Below are positions 12,001-26,000 of a stretch of 64,000 nt of DNA, one piece after another. Both the position numbers and the translations under genes were made by a program. Position 1 is the stretch's first letter; the number at the start of each line of letters is the position of its first letter. Below the pieces are notes generated by a model that was not told the origin of the DNA, did no database searches, and saw nothing but the letters and a program-made list of their open reading frames with translations. Origin of the DNA: Owenia fusiformis (lineage: Eukaryota); NCBI GenBank assembly GCA_903813345.2, contig CAIIXF020000001.1:45198001-45262000 (forward strand). Direction: 5' to 3'.

Positions 12001-15000
12001 CTAATTTTTGGTTTTATTCTGACTGAGCATTCAGTTCAATAGCCTAAAGAGGAACTGAGAATAAAGGAGATCAGATACATCGATACATACCACTGCTGGA
12101 ATCCCAATGATAACCAGTGGTAGTTTTAATCTTTTGTTTTTTATTTGTCCTATTATCATTTTACTTCCTACAGTACACCTGATGGTTATTGTTATATTCA
12201 CTGACATGCAAAGATCTTTCACACTCTTCATATTTTTATAGATTCCTTTCAAACTATTATCTGTTTAACATACCCCCAGTAGTCTTTTGATCAATTATCT
12301 CGAGAATTATTTTATATATCCCGGAGCTGGGAAAACTCACTGACAGATCTTTTATCTCTTATATTTGTTCTTATTGAGAAATATTTCATATTAAACCAAT
12401 TAATCAATAAATGAATTATGTAATATTGTCTTCCATCGTTTAGGGAAATTAATGTTTCTCTTAGTTTCCGAGAGACACTCATTTCATGGTCATGTATTTT
12501 ATTTCTCTTGTTTTTACTAACAAATTTGGATAAGGAAATAAAATAAGCATTTAGCAATGTTAAGCCATTATATAATGAGGTGAAAATATTTCATAGGAAC
12601 AGGATGCTGTGGCATAAAAGTATGAACAGTGTCATGTCTCGTAATCTAAGCGAAAGTAACTTTTATTCATTTTCAAAGATTACCACATCAAGAATATTGG
12701 TTTCTGTTGGTTTTCTGGACATAAGACAGGTGATGCTAGAACATGATTCACAATTACCTAATATTGCTGGCAAAGTACTAAGTCCGCAAATACAGTTATT
12801 CGTGAAGCATTTACACAAGTTCTTAGTACACCTGAAAGGCCTGTAATCAAGCTTGCTATAAAGAAAGCACACTATTTCAATAGACATTCACGTAAACTGA
12901 TTGTTATATGTCCACTGAGTAGTGTATTTTAATTTGTACAGTTGGTGCCATTGTCATGTGGCCCATCAGAGGCTCGCATTGTTGGCAGAGTATACACTGT
13001 TAGATTGGTCGCTATTTGCCTTACGTAAAGGATCCCACAATGTCAAGAAAGATCACATTGATACGAGAAGGCCATTCTCATCCTAGATTTAGAAAAGAGT
13101 ATTGAAGTCCTGAGAACAGGAAATCCTCTAATGGACACTGGAGAAGCACAAACATCCAACAAACAATGATTTGGCCAAAGTCTCAAAATCTCCCCCAGAG
13201 AATCACATTTCAGTGAATTGGTTATTTGGTCATGCTTGTCTTTTGGAATCATGTCACTTATATATAAATAGTTGTTATATATAAGAGTTATTACCAGTTT
13301 TGGGGTATAGTTCAGTCAGTCAGTGCAACTATCTTTTATGGTCTGAGGAAGTGTATGACACCCTACATTCATAAGAACATGTTTGGAGTCATTGTTTCAA
13401 CTGCATGTTTCTAGATTCTGCTTTACATTAGTTTTTTCCTTTGTCGGTTCTATTGTCACATTGGAATGTTGATTCATATCCCATGCATTAAAATTAATTT
13501 CTGCAGATTCTCAATTCAATAAACTTAAGTTTTTAATTCAATTATATTCAACATATAATTAATTATTAATTGTAGGATTTATAGATTGAAGCATGTCTAA
13601 TTAGAAGATTATCCACTATGAGAGTTGGAAATATTATTGGGTAAAGACAGCTGAGAACACGGCACAAGTAAATATTCACTCTCAATATATTAGTGACTTG
13701 GAATATGATAGTTTTGCATAGATGTAAATTGAAAAGAGAGTTCATGTACATTAATATTAATATTAACATATCTACTTCTGTAAAAGTGAAGTGTCAACTC
13801 GCCATTTAAGGTTTCCTCCTCCATAAAGTGTAACCAGTTCTCTATAATATCTTTTTAATATTTTGAGAGAGCATGATTTTGTTTTTTAATGATTCAGCGC
13901 TTTGTTGGCAAATTGAACGGGTGAATAATGTCCATTGATGGCACGATAATTCACTATTTTGCAGATAGAAATTCTGTAAAGCACTTGTGAGACCACTGTT
14001 TAAATATTAGTGCTACTTGAGTTTGAAAGGCTGGGTATCTTTGGATGAGATGACACGCCAACCTATATACCCCACCCTGAGTAACATCGGGTCTCAACAA
14101 TACCTATCAACAACTATCTGTGTGTCTTTAGTGAGAGCAAATAAACCTTCTTAAACTAATATATGGCTGCTTTCAGTGGTATTATCTTGTTGTTTGCCCA
14201 TCTGCCTAAATGGTTTACTTGTGTCTTCATAAAATCTATGTGGATTTCAAAGAGTCTTCTCACTTCATTAAAAGCTCAACTCACGTTTTGTAAAGTATTG
14301 GTGTCTGTTCAAATAGTCATTCTCTCGTGGACCTGGCGCACAATTGAGTTATTTGCTCATCTCCCTTCGCCATTATCAGTAATCATGTTCCCATAGACCC
14401 TACCACTCACTTCTATTCATTCTTGCTTTAAAGGGGTGGGAATGCTTTAAAAGTTCATTGAAGACATAGCTATTAACAAAAATCGAAGGACAAATCATCT
14501 ATTCAGAAGTTTTTATACAAAAAGAGTAAATAATTGAAACAAGATTTTATCCTTGTTAACATTTTTTTGGCAGTTGTTAATCCTGAAATCAGTTTCTGGT
14601 AATTAACATGTGATTATACGTGTAATTAAATATTGTTATTTAAATGTTACCAGTAGTACTGTTATGAAATGAAATTAGGTTAATAATTCATCAGGTGGAC
14701 ATTATACAACTAATTTGTAGCAAGGTACACTTTGAAATGTTCCTAATTTGTTGATTGTTGACTTTTATAATAATATTTCACCATAAGGAGCTTAAGAAAT
14801 CAAAGGTGTTCTGTATACAATATACAAAATTCTATTCATAATATACAGATTAAAAGCTGATTTAATAATCTTAATAATTTGTGATTTATCCTTGTTCTGA
14901 GAAAAACTAATGACATTTGAATTTTATATTTTTTATTCTTAACATTCATAAAATGGGTTGTTCCAAATTCTGTATTCAGAATATCTACAGAATATCTGTT

Positions 15001-18000
15001 ATATATAATTATATAAAGTACAGATTTTGATTAATTGTGATTAATGAAGGACATCATGATCAGAGAAATTCTACCTAAAGATATAATTTTCAAGTTGAGG
15101 CAATGCATCAGGTTCCTTATGATATTATTACAAGTGATAATCTGTATTAATCTAAATTATTGACTTAAGTTCTCTTGATTCAAAATATTAACAAGTATTT
15201 AATTTAGTACAGGTTAAGTTTTAAGAAAATGCCTTTTTAAATTGCTTTTGTTTTTCGATTTTTTGATAACCTTTTGCTCCATTATATGAATGTCATATTC
15301 AGTCATTTGCTTGATGTGTTGGCTATTTGTTGACTGATCCATCTCACTTGTCAGAGATTCCATTACTACATAATCTGCTGAGACAACACATTAATAGCAG
15401 AGAAAGTCAGTTTTAAACAAACCAAGCTACAAGTGATATTGACCAATGATTTTAATTCCAAAACAAACATAATTCATGCATTCACACCCGATGAAAGCAT
15501 ATAAAGACTGACAATGTATTTAAAATAGTTTAAAAGAAAGAATGGACTGTATTGAAATGTGTGATAGGTGTTATGGCGTAATTAAACGCCACTGAGGTAT
15601 GTATAACTAGCTGCTAAGGCAATATTTGACCAGAAGGGGTGTTATACTTCAGATGAAAGCTCTTGTATACACATTCACTTTTCAATTCATATTTATTCAC
15701 TTTAATTCATTTATGCAGGCTGACTAAGTAGTCACACCAATTGTCTAACTAAATTAATCTTCTGCGCGAAAATAAGAACTGCCACCAGTTGCATTCCATA
15801 TTGACTAAAACCATCAATAAATGCACTTTTTAAGTGCTATCTAACAGGTGAAACTCTACCTTTGTTTTAAAAGATAGAATATGAGATATAAGGCGTGGCA
15901 AAATTGTAATCAATTTCTATGATTTTAAACCAATATGCCTTTTCTGCCACATCTATATATGATATCTCAAAGAAAATTTCGAAAAAATTAACAATTTGAT
16001 CACTCATGGATTCAATGATTTGTGTCAAAATAATGTATAAAATATTTTAAAATTTAAAGAGTAAGTCAACTTCTCAGCAACAATGAAATTAATTTGATAA
16101 TGCGAGAGACATTGGAGTCTCTCCAACAGTATAGGGCCAGGGGTCACATTAACAGACCTGGGAAGGATCCAACTTGCTCTAACACCCATGTTGTCTATAT
16201 TCTCCCAGGAAGCGGGCTTGTTATCCGATCTCTCCCAATAGTGTCTGAATAGAGCACACATAACATCTACCGTCTATTAATACAAAGAGGACAAAAGCAT
16301 ACAACTGGATATTTACAAATGAAATGTCCAAAGGGTTTCCATTATCTGAGCCCTAAGTAGATCAATAACAGTAGAGTTGACCATAGCAACTGTCCAAGCC
16401 ACTAAACATCCATTTCAACCGCACCAAAAATAAATTCATAAAATCTTATGCAAACTGAAAAGGTTGAAGAGTGCTATATGATAAATCTGGGAGTTTCAAG
16501 AACCTCAAAGTCAACAGCGGTAAATACTCTATGAAAATAGAAGATTGGCCGTCTAAATCTTCCATGATGTTGTGGCATTCTTCATCGCAACTGAGTGGCA
16601 GAAATGAATGGCTAAAAGGAGTTAAGCCGCTGACAGGTCTGGTGTATGTAAACCTGTTTAGTATTGTATAAATACATCCAACTAAAATGTTCAGATAATA
16701 CAATGATAACAAAGCCCTTCCAATGAAACCAGTTATGTAAGTTTAGTTGGAACATTTCACTTTCATTATTAGGAATATTATGACAATCTGCTATATTCAA
16801 AATATTGCCCCACCTATTTGTATTTAACAATGTCTATGCCAAACATCCTACTACTGTATATAACAACTACATGTCCAAAGATGACTAATTTATTAAAGAT
16901 GCTCAATGAATCTCTTTAGTTTGCAAATATGGTTTCTCACGAAATACATAAGTCAATTGATTTAACTTTCATCAAACTTTTTAATCTGGATTTTGAAAAA
17001 ATATTATATCGAAATCAATAAATTATATTTAGCAGTGTCTATGGTGTGATTGTCTTATCTTTTGCCACCTGTCACCTTCCCAGAGCTTTTTGGCAAATTC
17101 ACCCACCTAAACTCATGTTCCATATGATCATATCTTTGGCGACATGCTATACATGTATTTTACTTGGTCCTTATCATTGATGAGAAAACAGCATATTCAC
17201 TTGGCATTTTATATGATCATTTGTATATCTTACTGATAACTTATATTCCCATTTTGTCGCACCTAATAATAATGATAATTAATTGAATATTGGCAGGTAT
17301 TCTCAGGTAGATCTGAGTATAGCGAAAAGTATTGAATTTGAAAGTATTGACACCCCCCCTCCCTCTTGGTGACTCCATCGAGAAAACACTTTATACTCTA
17401 TTGTCTTTGATCAATCAATAGAGTAATTGAAAGTAGTCCCGTGTAATAAGAGTGTCAATTAGTTCCTGTATTGGTTTTTATATTTAAATAGCTATGATAA
17501 TAGTGAATATGATATTTCCAATTGGAAAATTAAGTTCTGAGCTAAAAAGTTCTTTAATTAAACGGGAGAATTTCAAGGGAGATGTCAGTTTTTACGATGA
17601 TGATGTCAGGAAACAAAGGTAATGATTGATCAATGATGAAAGGTAACTTTGAAATGACTCATGATGATTTTTAACATGTAATTAAATTTAAGAGAACCAT
17701 ATTTAAATTTGAATTTATATATTTTTATACAATCTGCAAGTACCAACACATAATTTGATATTAAAAATTTAATTTATATTTAAAATTATATTAACATTTT
17801 ATTTATATTAATCAAGAGTGACATTGAAACAATTATTGTTTTATATGAACATAATTTTTGATTATAGCAAAGATATTTAGAGAATATTTACAATTACAAT
17901 TATATATATGACCAAAATATAGATAATTAATACAGAAATGGTGATCTAATGAAAATCAAACATTGGCAAATCAATATACATATATTCATGAATTGACACA

Positions 18001-20759
18001 ACATTGACTCAATTCATATCTAAGTAAAGATGAATTGAGATATGAAATGATTGATTGATAATAATGATGCTAGGATTCCAATATATGTCTCTCTTGAGGT
18101 AGATTGAAGAGTCGTTTCTGGAGAAATTCTCTCTAAAAGACAGCTGGTCCAATACTTTAAGTAAACACTCTCCTTTGTCAGAGATGAGGGCCAGTAAACA
18201 TTTTCTCTGAGCACGTTATATTGTGTAACATGCCAACCAAGTTAAATGCTTAGAAAACCACAATTAGAAGACAAGAATAGCGGATTATGTAATGTTCACT
18301 TTAGTCAGAGTTTGATTTCCATCTCAAGCAGGTGGCTACATCTAGTGGCTGAAATACATACTATTAGCTTATTGTCTACTAGTAAATATTCCTGCGTTAT
18401 TTTGGTACCTAATCTTTTTATAGAAATTGTATGTTGCATATTAAAAATAAAACATCTAATAAATACTTCCAAGGAGCTTAATCAATATTGATTGATCACT
18501 TTAAACTCCATGTATTTTGATTTAACAGCATCTGAATTTAGATTGTTAAGTTTATCTTTTGGTATTAGATCTGTAGTCTGATCTTCCATAATTGTTGCCA
18601 GAAAGTGTTTTAGTAGATTAAAAGATCTTGGTTATAGTTAGGCTCTTGACTTGCTCTTAAGGTGGAGACATTCGTGTTCTGCTTTATCTAGAGATACATT
18701 CTCAGCTACTTTGCCCACTCTTCTTAACTTTGAAGCAACCTAACGCTCTTTGGTGTGAAACATTTTATGTTACCCAGATTCGTTAGTTCACAATTTGCGG
18801 TTTAGGAATTTAATAAATGTTATACAGGCCTGTGAGTTTTATAGTTGCAGCAACGTTGCTTTGTTATTGAGTAAAACTATTTTTTATTTACATGTGTGAA
18901 AATCTTGTCACTATTCTCAGTCGCATACTATATAATCTTTTCTTTTTGTGTCGATGTGGCAGGTACTAATAGTAAAATATGTCAATTGAGAGTTTAATTG
19001 AAATGATTTTCATTATGATGTAGGTATTTCAAAAGTGACTGAACTAAAACTAAATAGAGGAATTATGAAAAGGGCTGAGACGATTAAAATGTATTTTGTT
19101 TTGATGATTATTATTAATTTGTCAAGGAAGCTTTTTATTGCTAGCTAAACATTTATGGTCTCCTCTCAGTTGTACTTTGCTCAATGCACTTGTATGTGAT
19201 ATAGCATTTCCCAAGACAGGTAAGACAGGTGTGTAGATCTGTAAAAGACCCCCTAGAAAAATAATGAATTTAAAAGGATGTGAAAAAGCGAGACAATAGG
19301 AATAACAATGAAATAGTATGAATATATAAGATGGGATGTAATTATAAAAACATATTGTATGATTTTAAAGATAGATGGATGAACCACATAGCATTTATTT
19401 TCATGTCATGCAAAATATAATTTTTCAGACTGAGTCAATTGATAGGGAAAATGAGGGGAGTATTTAACTCTAAAAGTACTAATTCTTTCATTTTCTCAAT
19501 GGATATCTGCACTATATGACTGAAGATCACCATGCGCACTATTGATTTTAATTCATTTTAGTTTTATTGAAATAAACAATTTCTTTAAAGCCAGTCTATT
19601 GTGTAGAATATCTTTTTCTCGTTGACATAGAATGAATCTAGTTAGTAAAACATTTGATTCACATTTCAAGTGAATAGAAAAGTTTGTCGACAATTTAGTC
19701 TATTATCTACTGATTGAAACACCATGGTTCTATTTATTGAGTTAGGTGTCACTCCACATACAAATATATCAGCATTTAATTCCTATCACCAAAATGTCAA
19801 TAAAACATTTAAAAGAGTAGTATGTCATACAATAATCATAATTCTTAATCAATGACCTTGCACCTTTACAAACTCCTTATATATGATTGACTTGTCACAT
19901 TACAAAACGTTTCCCGGGTGTGTTTCATTTTCACATTTATAAAGATTCTGCATTTTTAGAATTACTTATATTCGATTGAGGCACCATAATTTATAAATAT
20001 ACAGTTGAGTATTTTTTATGTTGCATGAATAGTGAAACTATCTTTTTGTCATCAAAGAATTGTTGTGTCCCCATCGCAGAGAAATTTGACACTTGAAGAA
20101 ATATGCTAACAAAATATGATCTGCTATCATAGATTGATCAACTGACACTTGACTACTGTCAATGCTTTCTAGCAAATACGACGCTTCATTTTGCCTTTCA
20201 AAAATTATAATAAATGCTTTTTCAAAAGCATTTGTATAGATTCACAAAGAAGCTATATTCAAATCTAATAATTCCCATATTTTAGGATTTCTCCGCATTC
20301 TTATATCTATATTTGATTTGATTTATATATCTTCAACTGAAGATTTTTTGTTTTCTCACCATCATCCTTTCCAAATAACAGTTTTTATCATTTAAAAGGC
20401 GTAAACTAATCAAAATAGATAGTTTTTATTCATCAAATTAAGAAAACATCACTGTATATATAGGTTCAGTATGATCTCTCAGTCCAATTGATAAATAAAC
20501 AATCAAATCTAGAAATTCCATTGCCGCTACTATTAATCATAATAACTTCATATTTGATGTGCATTTGGATTCAAAATTCAAAGAAATGCAATAATTTTAT
20601 AATGAATGTTAAGGTAAATAGATAAATAAATTGATGAATGGCATTTTGAAAACTAATAATTTTACATCCATCTTAATATGCGAATGATAAATTGAATTGC
20701 TGTTTTGATAAAAGTATGTGATAGATATGAAATAATGAAGTTGCATCTTGTGTTTACAG

Positions 20760-21109
20760 ATGAAGCTGTTGATGAGCATAGTTTTGGACAAGCTCCAAGT
20801 ATTGCTGCCCCTATAGATGATGTCATGGATGATCACCATGGCAGCGATGACAGCATAGATACTCACCATGACAACACTAACAATACTGCTGAAAATAACA
20901 ATGATGCAACCAAGACAATCACAACTGAACATCCACCAGTATACATTCCAGAAGACATTCCAATCCCAGATCAATTTGAACTCAGGGAATCAACTGTGAT
21001 ATTTTCATTAGGTGTTTGGACCAAATTCCCCATTTCTGCTGGTCAGAAATTCGGTCCGTTCCAAGGCCAATTCAAGGCGAAGGTGGACGACCCTTCAGCT
21101 GCCTGGGAG
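20760..21109 (+). CDS. Prdm3/16: Coding exon 2, N-terminal part of the PR/SET domain
   Basis: Acceptor tgtttacag|AT, donor TGGGAG|gtaagt. Encodes DEAVDEH...PPVYIPEDIPIPDQFELRESTVIFSLGVWTKFPISAGQKFGPFQG...AAWE. Confidence 0.95.
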
Positions 21110-22947
21110 GTAAGTTTCTGATTCTGAATCTTCACCTTTAATCAGGAGGCATTCTATTAGATCCCCTACCCCAGCTGTAAGATGTCTCAGATGCCTCATA
21201 ACATCACTATATTGCCTTGTGTTAATTGCCTTGAAAAAAGATTCCCCTGGAAAGATAGCAAGAGGCCATTAAAGTTCACTTAATTAACACTTAATTGTCT
21301 TTTCCGAGAAACATGGGTTAGGGGATAATTGTTTGTTAAGAGAAAATGTATCAGATTCCTATTACAGTGTGTTTCATGTAGATAATTTCGGAATCTCCAG
21401 GACTCATCTTACACAGTTGCATTGTTAAGTTGTTTTAATTAAGCAGTTTATGTAGAAGGTTATCTCCGCTCTTCTTATATGTCAGAGTTGATGGAACAGT
21501 CATCTGTATATTTCATGAGGAGCAAATTCAGTATGTGCATTCTCAAGAACTTTTTTAATTACATGTACATGTATGTGTCAAAGTGGAGATTTGTATTTTT
21601 TATATTATTTGATTTTGTATATATTAATTACCTTCCATTTCAAGTAGCAATTCCAGTATATATAGTGTTTATTTTATCTTTTAGGTTAAACTGACAAACT
21701 TCTTTATCTGGCACTTCTCATGGATTCTTTAACAATTTTTAGGTAAACATAATCAGTTGTTTTCAGGTTTATCTCACTGTGAGGTTTCAGGTAGCAATAT
21801 TTGCAAGATATCTTACCTGTAATTCACCTGGCTTGATAACATTAGTAGTAATTGGTTTAGTTTGTTTACAAGTGATAAGATGAGATGTAAGTACAAGTTG
21901 ATTGTTTACAAACATGTAATGTTACACCTGGAAATGATAAGTGAAATGAACATAAGCTTAGTCAAATAGTTGGATAGATCACAGGTGAGTTATCTAGGTG
22001 TATCCTGGGCTCTATTTAGGCTTTATATCAACCTTCTTGGACAGTTGGACGGGCATCTATAGAGTTTCATATACAGTAGACTATATTGAAATATTTAACA
22101 CAAGGAGCTTTGAAATTAGCCAATGATGATTTTGGATTTTGCTTGGTGGTCCGTGGCTCAGTTGCCATATTCAGGGTGTATTTTGTCTTTTTTATATTTT
22201 GTTTTCACCTGTTCTAAAGTCTTTGGATTTAAATTTTCTGTCTCGTATTATACCAATTGATAGTCTATTATGTTCCTCCATGGCTTTGTTATTTTGAAAA
22301 CCACAATTCCTTGGGCCTTTGTGCTTAGTAGTAAGCGAATCAATATCAAGTTGCAGTGTGGATGGTGGGATGGCCAACTAGATTGTTTACATGTTCATGC
22401 ATATGCTCATTACTCTAATTACCGTTAAATGTAGGGCGGGAGAAAAGTCTATCTCATCTGGTAATTATATTTTTTCATCATTTGTTCTTGTGTATATGAA
22501 CTTTGAAAATCTGTCTGCAGACACGTTTGAGACAGAACTTCACGCTTGTGATTTTGGATCTTCTACTTTATAATTTCTAGATGTCTTGAATGCATTATCC
22601 TGTTGGTTTTAGGCAATTTGCTTGATTGTCTCTAGCAATAAGTATATTGAAATTGCAACAGATATCGGCAGATTATCTGTTTGCTTGACAGTGATGAATT
22701 TAATCTCATTCCATAAAATTGAATTTTGACATTTTTGAGTTGTGGCAACTAAGTGAATCTTTAGGTCATCATCTACTGAGTGGTTTTTATCCGGTGACTC
22801 ACAAATACAAGATTAGATATCTTTTAAAGTACAAATATATGAAAATTCCATCTGGCTCAATATAATTAAAAGTTCTCAAAGATGTTAATATAACTATATT
22901 CAAACGTAGAACAGATAGACACCTTTAGCACTAAAATAAATGTATCA

Positions 22948-23026
22948 TATATTGTACTTTTATATATTAATCCTTTTAGAATAAATTAATTATATTGTAC
23001 CTTTATATTAATCCTTTTAAAATAAA
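22948..23026. repeat. Short imperfect tandem duplication (about 43-nt period, 2 copies)
   Basis: tatattgtacttttatatattaatccttttagaataaa versus tatattgtacctttatattaatccttttaaaataaa. Confidence 0.75.
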
Positions 23027-26000
23027 CGTAGTATATAAATAGTATCTACATGTATATGTAAAATATTGATATTTTTATGGATATTTCGGAAAATTAATTT
23101 CAGTTTGATTTTAATAATGAAGTATAGTTAGACGACATTCACAATAATACTTTTGACAAATTTAACTTAAACGAGAACACCATCATTATGAGTAATAATG
23201 ATGTATTTCCTTATTGAGAAGCAAACACTACCAGCAATGGAATAATCAGTGAAAATAGCAATCCAAAAAAGAGACAAACGATCTCGTGAATTACTTGGAT
23301 GATTTGTTAATAAGTTGAGAAGAGTTTTCTTCCCCTTCATTGGAGGATGTGGCCATAAAATGAGATGCCATCAGGCTCCGTATCACATCCCTTGCCCGTA
23401 TTAATCATCACTTCCAAATTGTTTCAACTCGATGTGGAGTCATTTGGAAAACTTACAAATGAAGTCAAATGATCTGGAAGGTTGTGAAATTAAATATCAG
23501 TGATTGGGATGTTTTCGTTGAAAGATGATATATATGCTGACACCATGTGTCTATGTTAGAGGCCCTTTAGACTGATGTAACTCATTGTTTTAGTTACATT
23601 GCAGTTACGTGGAGAGACCTAATGCCTCCCAGTAGTGGAATGTATTGAAAATGCCACCAATGTGCATGTCATCATACCTTTTAGATTCACAATATAGCAT
23701 CATATTAAAATTTAGAGATCAGATTTCTATTACATGCATTCTCCCAATTAAAATCTTAAACAATAGACCCATTGCATACCTTCTTGAAATACTTTCACTT
23801 GGATGCCAGTGACATTGGCGTATTTGACTAATATACTGGTAGAATTATTATTAATTAAAACATTCCTATGCAGCTGGTGAGGACCTATTATATAGAAAAC
23901 AGCAGTGACAAATTAAAAATTGAAAATATATGTTAAAGAATTTATGATATAGTCACTTTTAACAACCCCTCTCTAACCCCTCTTCAGTGACATTTCAATG
24001 CACGCGTGAATCTTAAATCGTGAAAAAACATTGTATCCTTTTAATTGAATGACTTGATGAAAGAACGAATTGAATTGATATAAATACACCACATGTAGAA
24101 AAACTTGTATAGGTTATTAAAGTGTTGCTGCATTGAGGCCATTGATGAGTCTAACTACTTGAAATTATTGTCAAATCGTATACTGGGCGGAGAAGCTCAC
24201 ATGTCACTGTGGATGTGTATATAACACTCAATGGCTATATGAACGCCCGTGAACTCAAAAAATATTTTAATTATTGTCTCTGTTCAATGATCCAGTTTTG
24301 CGGTGGAATCTGACAAGTATTGCCCAAGTTGATCGCAAAGTATGTGATTCCCACACTTTTTTGTACCTAATCTTAACATAAAAGATGTTTGAAGTATTTC
24401 AGCTAGCTCCCTACTGGGGAAGGTGACAGTGTTTACTAATTGATGGAACCAACTTTCTAACATTCCTTAATAAGAACCCAAATAAACATCTTCACTTTTT
24501 TAACTCTAAATTTGGGAACTTTATTGTTCTAAACCAAAACAAGCATTCTACCACACCCAGTAGACTCAAGAAAAATCGCAAGCACAGGTGGTATTCTTAT
24601 CCCATAAAATATGTGCAAGAACAGAATTATGAAGCGAAAACTTCATAATTCTTTTTAGGGCAATATAACTGACAAATTGATTGGACAGGAAGCGATGAGG
24701 ATCACATACTCTTGGTCGAAGTGCCATCTATATGAGACCTTATTCGCATTAATATATCTCGGTTCAAATCAACTTGCAAATATAGAGGGGTGAATAATGA
24801 CAGAAATTTTTTTGAATATCATTTTTAAGCATATTCTGACAGAGAAAAATCACTTGTGTATCCTAAAGTATAAATAATGAGTTATTCTGACATATGTTTG
24901 CACTATTTCCTCTGGTTACATAAATCGTGATATTTAAATCTTAACATTTTACACCAAGTTGTAAAGAAATATATGTTTGTGGGACACAACAGTGGGAGGA
25001 TTAAAACCAACAAATGTAACAGGAGGGATAGCTTTCAATCTTAATTCTGAGATGTATCTTCTCAATTTATCTCCACCCTGTGGTGACGCAGAATTATTTT
25101 AAGCTTGATTCTTTAGCCTGCTCAGGACACGCCAATTAAAACACAATAATTTACATGTCTTGACTCCTTTGATCTTATCACATGGGTTTAATCACTTATA
25201 GCTATGGTTAAAGTGTTCCTTTTGGGAGTCCTAAAACAGGATACCTCATAAATGATGGGATCCTAGGATGGTGCCAGATAAGTGAGATTCATGAAATGAT
25301 ACTTTAGCCAAGAGAGTTATATTTCACAATCTATCCAATTTACCCATCTTGGTTTTCCAAGACTAAAAAGTTTTCATAAAATAAAACTGGTAACTGGTAT
25401 GAATTTGCAATCATTTTTTCAATTATGATACCTTTTCGATCTCTGCCCAGAGACATTAGACCGACCCTTATGTCATTGGTTATTATACTACTCTCTGGAT
25501 AGAACTGATCATTTTATAGTCGACCAATCAGAGAGCACCTCAATTCCATGTTAATCTTTGAGTCTCTGATTGGGTTAACAGGTTCAAAGGCTCATTACTC
25601 ATATAAAAAGTAATGCAAAATTGATCAGTCTTGGAATGGGTATCTTAGGACCTGTGTATCAAGGGATTGTAATGGTATGTCTAGGCATCCAGTTGAACTG
25701 TGAATATGAGAGGCTGTGTCTATGTAGATGTGTTGATAGGCTTCTCCTCCATCATTTTTCATTAGGCTCACCATACATCATACCTCACTATAGCGCTCCC
25801 TAAATCTGTTTTCCTCATCACAATGAGTATGAACCTGCGTTCCCAGACTAAAGTTTTTATAAACTGTCACTGTGTAAAATCAAAAAAGTCATTCTAGGTA
25901 ATCTAATTTAATCCTTTAAAAAACAACTGGAAATAGTTGTAAATCTGTGCATTGTCCATGCAATGTGAGTGTGTTTTGATGGAAGAAATAGTTTGTTGTG

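Noticed and set aside
20609..20974. 121-aa minus-strand ORF
   Set aside because: Antisense shadow of exon 2; hydrophobic low-information sequence.
22151..22170. TGGCTCAGTTG as a tRNA/SINE A-box (similar word at about 35707)
   Set aside because: No B-box at suitable spacing and no cloverleaf; overlaps an RFX-like half site.
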